64,000 nucleotides of DNA, taken from positions 2,592,001-2,656,000 of the forward strand of contig OZ242011.1 in the NCBI GenBank assembly GCA_965204755.1, written 5' to 3'. The stretch is from Candidatus Marinacidobacterium sp. (GTDB lineage: Bacteria > Acidobacteriota > Vicinamibacteria > Marinacidobacterales > Marinacidobacteraceae). Under the pieces are notes generated by a model that saw only the letters and a program-made list of their open reading frames with translations, made no database searches and had not been told where the DNA came from. A program made the translations under genes and the position numbers. Below are positions 11,001-20,023 of this stretch, piece by piece. Within the stretch, counting starts at the first letter, position 1. Each line of letters begins with the position of its first letter.

Positions 11001-12086
11001 CGCAAGGCCGCCGCGAAGAGCATGACCGTCCCGCAGCGCCCGCACTGGATCGCCGCCGGCCTGGTCGCGGCCCCGGAGGTTTACCGGGAAGAGGTCGAAC
11101 AACTGTTCGACGATGTGGAAGCGGTGTTCTCGGCGGCCCAGTTCTTCTGTCCCGACTACCCGACGAACTTCCCGGACGAAGACACCGACCCGGACACGCT
11201 GCGGTTCCTCGCGACCCGGCTCGGCGCGATGTTCGGCCCGGAGACTCCGACCGAACCGCGGTTCTTGGGCTTGGAGGACCGGGCCAGCGACTGGATTCGA
11301 GGCGTCCTCGACGAAATGGCTTCCCGCGTTGGCCCGAAGCCCGGAGAAGTGCTCAACGCCCTGTTGGAAGAACCGTCACTCGAACGCTGGGCCCGGCCGA
11401 TCGAGTCAGCGCGAAGCCGCCAGCGAATCCGCGACCGGGAGGCCGGCTTCCGGCATCCCGATGCGGAGCGGATCACCCACGCCCTGCGCGGCGGGCCGCC
11501 GGCGAGCGCCGCCGACTTCTCCGCGCTGGTCGCGGAGCATCTCGACGACCTCGCCTGCCACATCGCCGGCGGCGACGCGAACGAATGGCGATACTACTGG
11601 AACGAGCCGACCGGCGGCTCGCTCGAACCCAAGAACGAAGAGTCCTGTCGAGATGCCCTGCTCGCGGCGCTTCGTCGGCGTCTCGGTCACGAGTACAAAG
11701 TGATGCCGGAGGCGCGCCATGCGGGAGGAACCCGCTCCGACCTGCTCGTCAGCTCGAAAGGCTATGCGGTGCCCATCGAGATCAAACGCGAGAGCCACCG
11801 TGAACTCTGGACGGCCATTTCGGAACAGTTGCTTCCCCGCTACGCCACCTTGCCGGAAGCCGCCGGCCGCGGCATCTACCTGGTGCTCTGGTTCGGCGGC
11901 GACGACACCGCCAGACCCCCGAAAGGAATCCCCCCGACGACCCCGGAAGACCTGCGCCGCCGCCTCCTCGAATCCCTCCCGCGAAACGAACGCGACCGCG
12001 TCGAAGTCCGCGTCCTCGATGTCCGCCCCCCGAAAACCCGCCGCGACGGGGAAACCGCCCGAGTTACCGCGAAACGAACCGCATGA
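8034..12086 (+). CDS. NACHT/STAND-type NTPase with long helical region and C-terminal PD-(D/E)XK-like nuclease; putative defence protein
   Basis: GDPGAGKT Walker A, LFVDGLDE Walker B, RVSCR, NPQGL, AHRQVAEFLAG, C-terminal RSDLLV...PIEIK and GIYLVLWFG; ATGA overlap with the upstream gene. Confidence 0.8.
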   Translation: MKFRLPRTVTEVGNERAVSRPLADFRGEAALVLIGDPGAGKTTEFEREAETLGPDAVYLAAYEFERFSEDARRETRTLFVDGLDEMRAGPGDPRRPLDAMVAGLARLGFPPFRVSCRAVDWFGRIDRARLESVSSTALTVVRLDALSDEDIERLLREHLPPEKAGRFRRKAREIGLFEMLRNPQGLEVLVRAFASGEDEWPVSRREAFERACRQLAEERNDEHSEAAESPPTVDRLLDAAGEWNARLLLGGAAGCVRRRQDADANWVAPPAEAEPASRAVLGTRLFAAAPEEGRFVPAHRQVAEFLAGRYLARRVEEGGNDAPKLPVGRVLSWITAAAGGAAPTPLRGLAGWFAAFCPEARAVLLRSDPVAMAAYGDTAGYSTEEKRLLLRRLRDEHPEFGPHRFPAEALRPLAVPPMAASLREVLESPDRGDAAQVTAGIALRALAVGEPMPDFSELLLGIVRERDRWRDIRLYALDAYFPNSVEDPSRDPSLRRLLADLRDGSVPDGERELLGTLLDRLFPEVIPPTELWDYLLPQPVQLVGRYDGFWLFGLTDARRRKFLPEVVEALGPRLPELRPALTDRILEDLPSRLVARCLEEYGDETPVPRLYDWLLLGMSHRWRYGGSDAAQRIADWLGTHREVLGDLWREALERCPETDEFPRRLLKVGETLGVVAPPDDFGQRCLDWVREIGADRPRLAKWLVSQAVERSSTEGIPFEDLRSKIEGRRDLEEYLPRKTPLRPGYLVEDRGQRDFVEERRRDDAAIEVEVRAESAALRENRGRPGLLHLLAGQYLSSLDPAFRLLGDGWRLSDPALRRVAVDALALTPSRKDVPDAGEILRLHSEDRLHYLTLPFLAGLEAVERGDAAGSGALDERQRECSLAFYFTAPSYRGDAPDWFRRLVREDPEPIARLLVRFAKSEIAAGSAVIPYLDSLLLDPAHAEVAAQAAPELLSGFPVRAQGKQVEALDLLLWSAIRYADRDALLPIIARKAAAKSMTVPQRPHWIAAGLVAAPEVYREEVEQLFDDVEAVFSAAQFFCPDYPTNFPDEDTDPDTLRFLATRLGAMFGPETPTEPRFLGLEDRASDWIRGVLDEMASRVGPKPGEVLNALLEEPSLERWARPIESARSRQRIRDREAGFRHPDAERITHALRGGPPASAADFSALVAEHLDDLACHIAGGDANEWRYYWNEPTGGSLEPKNEESCRDALLAALRRRLGHEYKVMPEARHAGGTRSDLLVSSKGYAVPIEIKRESHRELWTAISEQLLPRYATLPEAAGRGIYLVLWFGGDDTARPPKGIPPTTPEDLRRRLLESLPRNERDRVEVRVLDVRPPKTRRDGETARVTAKRTA

Positions 12087-12571
12087 AAAACCCGCCGGCC
12101 GACTCCGCGGGCCGCTCCGCCGAGGAGCGGCCGGTCCGGCTGCCGCCGTCCCGAGCCTTCTTGGTTTCCGGTCGGATCGACCGGATCGAACCCGACGGCG
12201 TCCGATTCCGGTTGCGGTTCAGCGACGGCCGGACGCTTCCGGGGCGGCTCGGTCCGGGGGTGGAAGTCGAGGAGTTGCGTCGGTTCGGGGGGCGTCAGGT
12301 CGCCGTGTCCGGGCAGGTCCGCTTCCACCCGGACGGAACACCGCGCGTACTCGTGGCGCGCCGGATCGGGAAGCGTGAGAAGGGCCACGCCATCTTCGAC
12401 CAGATGCCGGAGGGCGTCGTACCGGGATCGCCGGTGATCTCGAAGGAACTGGCGGAGAAGGCGGCGAACTTCGACTGGAGCCGACTGGAAGGCCTTTGGG
12501 AGATCGACCAGTCCCCCGAGGAGGTGCTCGCGCAAATTCGGGAGATGCGGTCGCCCCCGGTCGAGCCGTAA
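12083..12571 (+). CDS. Hypothetical protein (possible OB-like beta domain with antitoxin-like C-terminal helix)
   Basis: ATGA overlap with the NACHT gene stop; 162-aa ORF; tail LEGLWEIDQSPEEVLAQIREMR. Confidence 0.6.
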   Translation: MKNPPADSAGRSAEERPVRLPPSRAFLVSGRIDRIEPDGVRFRLRFSDGRTLPGRLGPGVEVEELRRFGGRQVAVSGQVRFHPDGTPRVLVARRIGKREKGHAIFDQMPEGVVPGSPVISKELAEKAANFDWSRLEGLWEIDQSPEEVLAQIREMRSPPVEP

Positions 12572-12641
12572 CCGCGGCGAGCGGCGCTCCCGTACCGGGC
12601 GCGGCGACACTCGCCGGCCGGCGCGCGGAACGCCGGCGGAT

Positions 12642-13721
12642 TCAGGCCCCGCGCGGGGCGGGGGCGTGTTCGAGGATGTAGTCCATCAGGCTCGGAATGC
12701 CCGGTTCCCAGTCCGGAACGCCTTTCGTCTGCCACACGAAACCCAGGTGCTCGAGGGCGTCGCCCGTTTCGACCACATCCACTTCGTCGGCGCCCGTGTC
12801 GGTGATCACCGCGTCCAACTCGGTGAAGGGAATGGTGGAACGGTCGCAGAACGCCTCCGCCACTCGCCGGGCCGCTCCGAGCAGGTTTCTGCGGCGGAGT
12901 TCCATGAACCGGTCGAGGTAGTAGTGGTTTTTCCGGGACTCGAACTCGGCGGCCGCCGCTTCCACGACAGTTGTCGTCACGGTATCGACGCCGTCCGGCC
13001 CATCGACCATCACTCGCCACACCGCGCGGCCCCAGACCTGGGTGAAGAACGGATAGCCGTCGCTCTCCCGCGCGATGCGGGAGAGGGCGTCCGCTTCGAA
13101 CTCGATTCCCTCCGCCGCCAGGGGACGCGAGACGGCTTCGGCGGCCTCGTCTTCCGTAAGGCGGCCGATCGCCAGTTTCTTCCCGCGGCTCCAGAACGAC
13201 GCGCCCGTCTCGGACAGTCTCGCCCGGAGGTCCGGCGTCCCGGCCAGGACGAGAAGGAAGGGGGCGCGGCTGCCGGCGGTCTGCGCCGCGTTCAGCAACC
13301 ACTGTCCGACCTCGGGTTTCAGGGTATGCGCTTCATCGAGCAGGACGAGCAGCGGCTTCGACCGCGCCCGGGCTTCCAGCGCTTCCGCCAGTCCATGCGG
13401 ATCGCCCGGCGTCTCCGGCGACGGCGGTCCGAGTCCGAGCCGCCGCGCCAGCGCGGCCGGTTCCGTCACTTCGACGCCGGTCAGCCAGCAGGTATCGAGA
13501 CCGGAGGCCGCTTCCGCTTCGACTTCGACCGAACGGAGCAGGGCGGTCTTGCCGTTGCCCCGCGGCCCGTAGACGATGACTTCGGAAGGGGCCGACTCGC
13601 GCTGCCGGAGCGTTTCGAGGCATTCGCGGAAATACGCTCGCTCCGCTTCCCGCCCCGCCAAGCAGGGAGGCAGCCCGCCGATTCCCGGGCGGAACGGCCC
13701 GACGCCGTCCGTTTCGTACAT
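12642..13721 (-). CDS. AAA-family ATP-binding protein (AAA_16/STAND-like)
   Basis: PPCLAGRE, GPRGNGKT, LVLLDEAH, LAGTP, SDGYPFF; TATACT 10 nt upstream of the ATG. Confidence 0.82.
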   Translation of the reverse strand: MYETDGVGPFRPGIGGLPPCLAGREAERAYFRECLETLRQRESAPSEVIVYGPRGNGKTALLRSVEVEAEAASGLDTCWLTGVEVTEPAALARRLGLGPPSPETPGDPHGLAEALEARARSKPLLVLLDEAHTLKPEVGQWLLNAAQTAGSRAPFLLVLAGTPDLRARLSETGASFWSRGKKLAIGRLTEDEAAEAVSRPLAAEGIEFEADALSRIARESDGYPFFTQVWGRAVWRVMVDGPDGVDTVTTTVVEAAAAEFESRKNHYYLDRFMELRRRNLLGAARRVAEAFCDRSTIPFTELDAVITDTGADEVDVVETGDALEHLGFVWQTKGVPDWEPGIPSLMDYILEHAPAPRGA

Positions 13722-13779
13722 CGCGCCGCCGAGTATAGAAGCGGCCGCCTCGCGCCGCCGGCCGACCCCGCCGCCCCGC

Positions 13780-16119
13780 TCAGTAACCCGCGAGTTCGGT
13801 GATCGCTTCCAGCAGGTCTTCCGTCTGCGGGAGCGCCTCCTCCTCCAAACCCGGGTTGTACGCGATCCAGGTGTCCTTCGCCGCCACCCGCCGCACCGGG
13901 GCGTCGAGTTCGTCGAACAACTCGTCCGCGATGCGCGCCGCGATCTCCGCCCCGTAACCGAAACTCCGGGTGTCCTCGTAAGCCACCAGCGCCCGGTTCG
14001 TCTTCCGCACGCTCCGGCGTATGGCCTCCCAGTCGTACGGCGCGAGCGACCGCAGGTCGAGGATTTCCACCGAAACCCCCTCCGCCGCCGCCCTCTTGGC
14101 GGCGAGTTCCGTCCGGTGCACCAGCGCGCCGAAAGTCACCACGGTCAGGTCCTCGCCCGGCCGCACCAGGCTCGCCTTCCCGAACGGAATGGTGAAGTCC
14201 GGCCCCGGGTCCGGGCTCTTGTTGTAGGTCTGCCGGTACAGGTGCTTGTGCTCGAGGAAGATCACCGGGTCTTCGCAGCGGATCGCGGTGCGGAGCAGCC
14301 CGGCGGCGTCGAGCGCGGTCGCCGGCATGACCACCCGCAGCCCCGGCAGGTGCGTGAACAGCACTTCCGCCGACTGGCTGTGGTACACCGCGCCGCCGGT
14401 GAGATACCCGCCGGAGGGCACCCGGACGACCAGCGGCGCCTCGTAAGCGCCCGCCGACCGCCAGCGGAGGCTGGCGAGTTCGCTGCGGATCTGCATGTAC
14501 GCCGGCCACAGGTAGTCGAGGAACTGCACTTCGGCGACCGGGCGCAAACCGCGCAGCGCCATGCCCACCCCGAGGCCGACGATGGTCGCCTCCGCCAGCG
14601 GGGTGTTGAACACGCGCTCCGACCCGAACTCGCGTTGGAGCCCGTGGCTCACCTTGAAGACGCCGCCCTTGCCCTTCACTTCGGTCAGCGCTTCCTCCCG
14701 GCTGGCGTCGGCCACATCCTGCCCGAACACGACCACCCGCGGGTCGCGCTCCAACTCGGCGCGCAGGGTGGCGTTGATGAGGTCCACCATCGTCCCCGGT
14801 TTCGCGCCGGGGGCGAACCGGGGCTCGCTCTCGAACTCCGCCGAGCAGGGGTCCACCCGCGGGCTGTAGAGGTGGTCGTGGACGCTCTCCTTCGGCGGCC
14901 AGGGCAGGGCCAGCGCCTCCTCGGCGGCGTCCGCGACTTCCGCCTTCGTGTGCTCGGCGAGGGCGTCGAGTTCCTCCCCGGTCGCCGCGCCGGAGGCGGT
15001 CAGGCGCTCCCGCAGCCGGCGGATGGGGTCGCGCCGGGCCTCCGCCTCGCGCTCCCCGGCGGGGCGGTAGTCGCGGTCCTCGTCGGAGAGCGAGTGCGAG
15101 TCCAGCCGGACCACCCGCGCCTGCACCAGCGCCGGGCCGGCGCCGGACCGGGCGTGCTCGAAGGCCTGCGCCAGGGTCGCCCGGGACTCCTCGTAGTCGC
15201 AGCCGTCGCACTCGAACACCGCCAGGTCGGGGAATCCCCGGACGAGCGGCGCGATCGCCCCGCCGGCGGTCTGGTGCTCCACCGGCACCGAGATCGCGTA
15301 GCCGTTGTCCTCGATCAGGAACACCACCGGCAGCCGCCGGAGGCAGGCGCTGTTCAGCGCCTCCCAGAACTCGCCCTCGCTGGTCGAGCCGTCGCCGCCG
15401 CAGACCAGCGCGATCCCGTCGCCCTCCGGCGCCGCCGGGAGGCCGGGCACCGGGTGGCGGCTGAGGTACCGCTCGGCGTAGGCGACGCCGACCGCGTGGA
15501 GGAACTGGGTGCCGACGCAACTGGAATGGGCGGCGATGCCGAGCGACCGCTTGACGAAGTGGGAAGGCATCTGCCGCCCGCCGGAGGCGGGGTCCGCGGC
15601 GGCGCCCCAGGCCGCGGCCAACTGCTCGGCGGGCGTAAGACCCGCGCGGGTGGCGAGCGCCCGGTCCCGGTAGTAGAGGAAGGCCCAGTCCGTCCCCGGC
15701 CGCAGCAGCGAGCCGGCGGCGGCGGTCACCGCCTCGTGGCCGGCGGAACTGATCTGGAAGAACGACTTGTTCTGCCGCTTCAGCAGGATCTCCCGCCGGT
15801 CCAACTCGCGGGAGGTCAGCATCGTCCGGTAGGCGGCGAGCAGCGCCTCCGGGCGGAGCGCGGGCGACTCCTCCGCCTCCGCCGCCCCGCCGGCGCCCCC
15901 GTTCGTCCGACCGTTCTCCCGCCGGTCTTCCCGGTCCCGGCCGTTCGCCCGCCCGCGCCCGTTCTCCCGCCCGGACTCCCGCCCGGATTCCCGAACGAGG
16001 TCCGCGCCGTCCGGGGCCGCCTCGCCCCGCTCCGCGCCCGACTCGGTTTCCCGGCCCGCCCGGAGCCGGTTTCTCAGTCTCCGCTTCCTCCCGGGGAAGA
16101 TCGCCGCGAGGTCAGCCAC
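13780..16119 (-). CDS. 2-oxoacid (branched-chain type) dehydrogenase E1, fused alpha/beta subunits
   Basis: [16 protein letters not shown]...EDN TPP motif, HSLSD, FNTPLAE, FLEHK, DLRSL; exact start uncertain. Confidence 0.9.
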   Translation of the reverse strand: MADLAAIFPGRKRRLRNRLRAGRETESGAERGEAAPDGADLVRESGRESGRENGRGRANGRDREDRRENGRTNGGAGGAAEAEESPALRPEALLAAYRTMLTSRELDRREILLKRQNKSFFQISSAGHEAVTAAAGSLLRPGTDWAFLYYRDRALATRAGLTPAEQLAAAWGAAADPASGGRQMPSHFVKRSLGIAAHSSCVGTQFLHAVGVAYAERYLSRHPVPGLPAAPEGDGIALVCGGDGSTSEGEFWEALNSACLRRLPVVFLIEDNGYAISVPVEHQTAGGAIAPLVRGFPDLAVFECDGCDYEESRATLAQAFEHARSGAGPALVQARVVRLDSHSLSDEDRDYRPAGEREAEARRDPIRRLRERLTASGAATGEELDALAEHTKAEVADAAEEALALPWPPKESVHDHLYSPRVDPCSAEFESEPRFAPGAKPGTMVDLINATLRAELERDPRVVVFGQDVADASREEALTEVKGKGGVFKVSHGLQREFGSERVFNTPLAEATIVGLGVGMALRGLRPVAEVQFLDYLWPAYMQIRSELASLRWRSAGAYEAPLVVRVPSGGYLTGGAVYHSQSAEVLFTHLPGLRVVMPATALDAAGLLRTAIRCEDPVIFLEHKHLYRQTYNKSPDPGPDFTIPFGKASLVRPGEDLTVVTFGALVHRTELAAKRAAAEGVSVEILDLRSLAPYDWEAIRRSVRKTNRALVAYEDTRSFGYGAEIAARIADELFDELDAPVRRVAAKDTWIAYNPGLEEEALPQTEDLLEAITELAGY

Positions 16120-16289
16120 GGCGCGGCGGATCGGAGCGGGAACAGCGACCGGGCGCGGCGGAACTCATCGACGGGGCAGTGCGAAGGGGGAACGGATGTT
16201 AACACCCGGCCCCCGCCGCGCTCCGGGCCGCGAAGGCCGGTTCCGGCGGCGGCGCCGCCCGGCTAGAATTACCGGTTGCCTTTCCGCAT

Positions 16290-16362
16290 GGGCCGTTAGC
16301 TCAGTTGGCAGAGCGCTCGCCTTTTAAGCGAGATGTCGCAGGTTCGAAACCTGCACGGCCTA
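16290..16362 (+). tRNA. tRNA-Lys (anticodon TTT)
   Basis: Acceptor stem GGGCCGT/ACGGCCT, D-arm AGCTCAGTTGGCAGAGC, anticodon arm CTCGC-CTTTTAA-GCGAG, T-loop TTCGAAA; CCA not encoded; TAGAAT -10 upstream at 16264. Confidence 0.95.
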
Positions 16363-16371
16363 CCCCTCCGG

Positions 16372-16447
16372 GTCCCCATCGTCTAGAGGCCCAGGACGTC
16401 GCCCTTTCACGGCGAAAACACGGGTTCGACTCCCGTTGGGGACGCCA
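16372..16447 (+). tRNA. tRNA-Glu (anticodon TTC)
   Basis: Acceptor stem GTCCCCA/TGGGGAC, anticodon arm TCGCC-CTTTCAC-GGCGA, GGTTCGACTCC T-arm, 3' CCA. Confidence 0.96.
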
Positions 16448-16603
16448 GACCCCCTCCGGCCGGGGTTCCGCCCCCCTCCCGCCGGCGCCCCCGTCCGGGC
16501 GTCACCGCGCCCGCGCCTGAGCCCGCCGGGCGGCGGCGGAGACTCCCCGACCCGCCGCCGCTCCCCCCGGCCCACCCGGCGCCCCTCCCCGCCCGACCCC
16601 CCG

Positions 16604-19600
16604 TTGCCCGCCGCTCCCCCCTCCGACGCGCCCCTCTTCCGGCCCGCCCCCGCCGGCGACCGGATCCCCGAGGCCGAAGCGGAAGTCCGCCGCTTCTGGA
16701 AGGAGCGCCGCATCTTCCCCCGGAGCGTCGAAAACCGCGCCGGCGGCAAGCCCTGGGTCTGGCACGACGGCCCCCCCACCGCCAACGGGCGGCCCCACAA
16801 CGGCCACATCCTCACCCGCGTCTTCAAGGATGTCTTCCCGCGCTACCGGACCATGCGCGGCCGGTTCGCCGAGCGCCTGGCCGGCTGGGACACCCACGGC
16901 CTCCCCGTCGAGGTCGAGGTCGAGAAGGAACTCGGCATCCACGGGCGCGAGGAAGTCGAGGCCTACGGCGTCGGCCGGTTCGTGGAGAAGTGCCGCGCCT
17001 CGGTCTTCCGCTACATCCGCGACTGGGAGGAGATGACCGACCGGATCGGCCACTGGGTGGACCTCGACCGGGCCTACGCCACCTACCGCCGCCCCTATGT
17101 GGAGAGCGTCTGGTGGGCGCTCTCCGAACTCCACCGCAAGGGCCTGCTCTACCGGGGCGAGAAGGTGGTCTGGTGGTGGGCCGAGGGCGGCACCGCGCTC
17201 TCCTCCCACGAAGTCGGCCTCGGCTACCGGGAAGTGGACGACCCGGCGGTCACCGTCGCCCTGCCGCTCCGGGACGAGCCCGACCTGGCGCTCGCGGTCT
17301 GGACCACCACCCCCTGGACGCTGCCCTCGAACCTCTACGCCGCCGTCCGCCCCGGCGTCCGGTACGCCGAGATCGAGCGCGAACCGCCCCCGGACGGCGC
17401 CGCGCCCCCCGGCGGCGTCCGGCGGCTGGTGGTCGCCGAGGCCCTCCGCGAGGCCCTCGCCCCGAAACTGGGCTGCCGCCCGCAGCCGCTCCGCCGCTTC
17501 GACGGCGCCGAACTCGTCGGCCGCCGCTACCGCCCCCCGTTCCCGGACTACCGGGACCGCTACGACGGGCTCGAAGGCCGGCTGGCCGGCGGCGGCTCGG
17601 TCCCGGCGTTCTGGCGCGTCCTCGCCGCCGACTTCGTGGAACTCGACCAGGGCACCGGGCTGGTGCACGAGGCCCCGGCCTTCGGCGAGGTGGACCACGA
17701 CCTCCACCGCGCCACCGTCGCCGCCTACGAAAACCCCGAGGACATCCCGCTCCCCTGCGCCGTCGGCCCCGACGGCCGCTTCACCGCCGAGGTCCCCTGG
17801 CTCGAGGGCCAACGGGTCAAGGAAGCCGACCGCGAGATCGTCCGCCGCCTGCGGGAGACCGGGCTCCTCCTCCGAGAGGAGACCCTCCGCCACGAGTACC
17901 CGTTCTGCTGGCGGGCGGAGCAGGACGCGCTGATCCAGTACGCCCGGCCGGCCTGGTTCCTCCGCACCACCGCCCGGAAGGAGCGGGCGCTCGCGAACAG
18001 CGGCGCGGTGGACTGGATGCCGGAGCACATCCGGGAGGGCCGGTTCGGCGACTTCCTCCGGAACAATGTGGACTGGGCGCTCTCCCGCGAGCGGTTCTGG
18101 GGCACGCCGCTCAACCTCTGGATCAACGACGAGACCGGCCGCCGGGAGTGCCCGGCCTCCGCCGCCGAGATCGAGGAGCGGAACCCCGACGCCTTCGCCG
18201 CCTTCGAGCGGGCCCGCAGGGAGCGCCCCGACCTCGACCCCGACCTGATGCTCCACAAGCCCTGGGTGGACGAAGTCACCTGGACCCGCCCCGGCGAGCC
18301 GGGGGTGTACCGGCGGGTCCCCGAGGTCATCGACTGCTGGTTCGACTCCGGCGCGATGCCCTTCGCGCAGTGGGGCTTCCCGCACCGGAACCGGGAGCGG
18401 TTCCTCGCCGCCTTCCCCGCCGACTACATCACCGAAGCGGTGGACCAGACCCGCGGCTGGTTCTACTCGCTCCTCATGATCTCCACCCTGCTGTTCGACG
18501 ACGACACCTGCGCCCGGCTGGGCATCGAGACGCCGCCCCGGCCGCACCCCTACCGCTCCTGCCTGGTGCTCGGCCATGTCACCGACGAAAAGGGCCGGAA
18601 GGAGTCCAAGTCGCTCGGCAACTACACCCCGCCGGAGCGGACCTTCGCCGAGGTCGGCGCCGACTCCTTCCGCTGGTTCTTCCTCGCCGCCGGCCCGCCC
18701 TGGGCGGCGCGCCGCCACTCGCCGGCGAATGTGCGCGCCGCCGCCCGCGAGTTCCCGTTGAAGATCCGGAATGTCCACTCGTTCTTCGCGATCTACGCGG
18801 CCATCGACCGCTTCGACCCGCGCGAGCACCGCGCCCGCCCGGTGGGGGAGCGCGCCCCCCTCGACCGCTGGATCCTCTCCCACCTGGAGGACACCGCCGC
18901 CTCGGTCGGGGCGGCGCTCGACCGCTACCTGGCCTACGACGCCGCCCGCGCCCTCTCGGCCTTCGCCGAGTCGCTCTCGAACTGGTGGCTCCGCCGCAGC
19001 CGGCGGCGCTTCTGGACCTCCGGGCTGGACGCGGAGAAACTCGACGCGCTCTCGACGCTCTACGACTGCCTGGTCCGGGTTTCCCGGCTGGCCGCGCCCC
19101 TGACTCCCTTCCTCGCGGAGGAGATCCACCGGAACCTGGTGGCCGGCCCCTTCGGGGAGGAGGCGCCGGAGAGCGTCCACCTCACGGACTGGCCCGAGCC
19201 GGTCTTCCCGCTGGACGAGGGGCTGAACGAGGAGATGGCGGCGGTCCGGGAGATCGCCTCGCTGGGCCTCCGCGCCCGGAAGGAAGCCGAAGTCCGCGTC
19301 CGCCAGCCGCTCGCCCGCGCTACGGTGGCCCTCGGCGACCGGGCGCTCCGGGAGCGGCTGGCCGGGCACCGGGCGCTGCTCGCCGACGAGTTGAATGTCC
19401 GGGAAGTGGTCTTCTCCGGGGAGACGGCGGGCGGGCGGGAGTGGGTCGTCAAGCCCGACTTCCGCCGGTTGGGGCCGAGGCTGGGGAAGCGGATGCAGCC
19501 GGCGCTCGCCGCGCTCCGGAAGATCCCGGGGGCCGAGGTGAAACGCCGGCTCGACGCCGACGGCGCGCTGCTGCTGGACACCGGGGAGGACGGCGCCGCC

Positions 19601-20023
19601 CCGGTGCGGATCGAGGCGGGGGACCTGGCGGTCGAGTCCCGGGCCCTCGCCGGCCGGGCGGCGGCGGCCTCCGGGGTCGCCGCGGTGGAACTGGACACCG
19701 CGCTCACCGACGACCTCCGGCGGGAAGGGAAGTACCGGGAACTGCTGAACCGGGTGCAGACCCTGCGGAAGGAACTCGACCTGCCCTACACCGCGCGGAT
19801 CCGGCTGGGCATCGCCGGCGCCGACGGCGGCGGGGACCTCTACGAAGTGGCGCGGGAGCGCGAGGCGCACTTCCGCGAGGAGACGCTCTCGGTGGAAGTC
19901 GTCCCCGGCGACCTCCCCGGAGCGGACGGAGGGGACGCGTCCGACGGGTCGGGCCCCTCCCGCCGGGAGATCGAAGTCGAAGGCGAGCGGGCGACCCTGA
20001 CGCTGGAAGTGGCCGCGCCGTGA
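16604..20023 (+). CDS. ileS: Isoleucyl-tRNA synthetase (type 2)
   Basis: DGPPTANG, HNGH (HIGH), GWDTHGLPVE, WTTTPWTLP, GTGLVH, DWALSRERFWG, DQTRGWF, KESKS (KMSKS). Start uncertain; in-frame TTG 16604 chosen because ORF start 16436 overlaps tRNA-Glu. Confidence 0.93.
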   Translation: MPAAPPSDAPLFRPAPAGDRIPEAEAEVRRFWKERRIFPRSVENRAGGKPWVWHDGPPTANGRPHNGHILTRVFKDVFPRYRTMRGRFAERLAGWDTHGLPVEVEVEKELGIHGREEVEAYGVGRFVEKCRASVFRYIRDWEEMTDRIGHWVDLDRAYATYRRPYVESVWWALSELHRKGLLYRGEKVVWWWAEGGTALSSHEVGLGYREVDDPAVTVALPLRDEPDLALAVWTTTPWTLPSNLYAAVRPGVRYAEIEREPPPDGAAPPGGVRRLVVAEALREALAPKLGCRPQPLRRFDGAELVGRRYRPPFPDYRDRYDGLEGRLAGGGSVPAFWRVLAADFVELDQGTGLVHEAPAFGEVDHDLHRATVAAYENPEDIPLPCAVGPDGRFTAEVPWLEGQRVKEADREIVRRLRETGLLLREETLRHEYPFCWRAEQDALIQYARPAWFLRTTARKERALANSGAVDWMPEHIREGRFGDFLRNNVDWALSRERFWGTPLNLWINDETGRRECPASAAEIEERNPDAFAAFERARRERPDLDPDLMLHKPWVDEVTWTRPGEPGVYRRVPEVIDCWFDSGAMPFAQWGFPHRNRERFLAAFPADYITEAVDQTRGWFYSLLMISTLLFDDDTCARLGIETPPRPHPYRSCLVLGHVTDEKGRKESKSLGNYTPPERTFAEVGADSFRWFFLAAGPPWAARRHSPANVRAAAREFPLKIRNVHSFFAIYAAIDRFDPREHRARPVGERAPLDRWILSHLEDTAASVGAALDRYLAYDAARALSAFAESLSNWWLRRSRRRFWTSGLDAEKLDALSTLYDCLVRVSRLAAPLTPFLAEEIHRNLVAGPFGEEAPESVHLTDWPEPVFPLDEGLNEEMAAVREIASLGLRARKEAEVRVRQPLARATVALGDRALRERLAGHRALLADELNVREVVFSGETAGGREWVVKPDFRRLGPRLGKRMQPALAALRKIPGAEVKRRLDADGALLLDTGEDGAAPVRIEAGDLAVESRALAGRAAAASGVAAVELDTALTDDLRREGKYRELLNRVQTLRKELDLPYTARIRLGIAGADGGGDLYEVAREREAHFREETLSVEVVPGDLPGADGGDASDGSGPSRREIEVEGERATLTLEVAAP

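Noticed and set aside
16290-16447. tRNA pair as an island integration site
   Set aside because: No integrase, no duplicated tRNA 3' end noticed elsewhere in the window, and the flanks are housekeeping genes.
16448-16603. T-box leader for ileS
   Set aside because: No T-box consensus (AAnnnGGGTGGnACC) or terminator; the region is simply C-rich.
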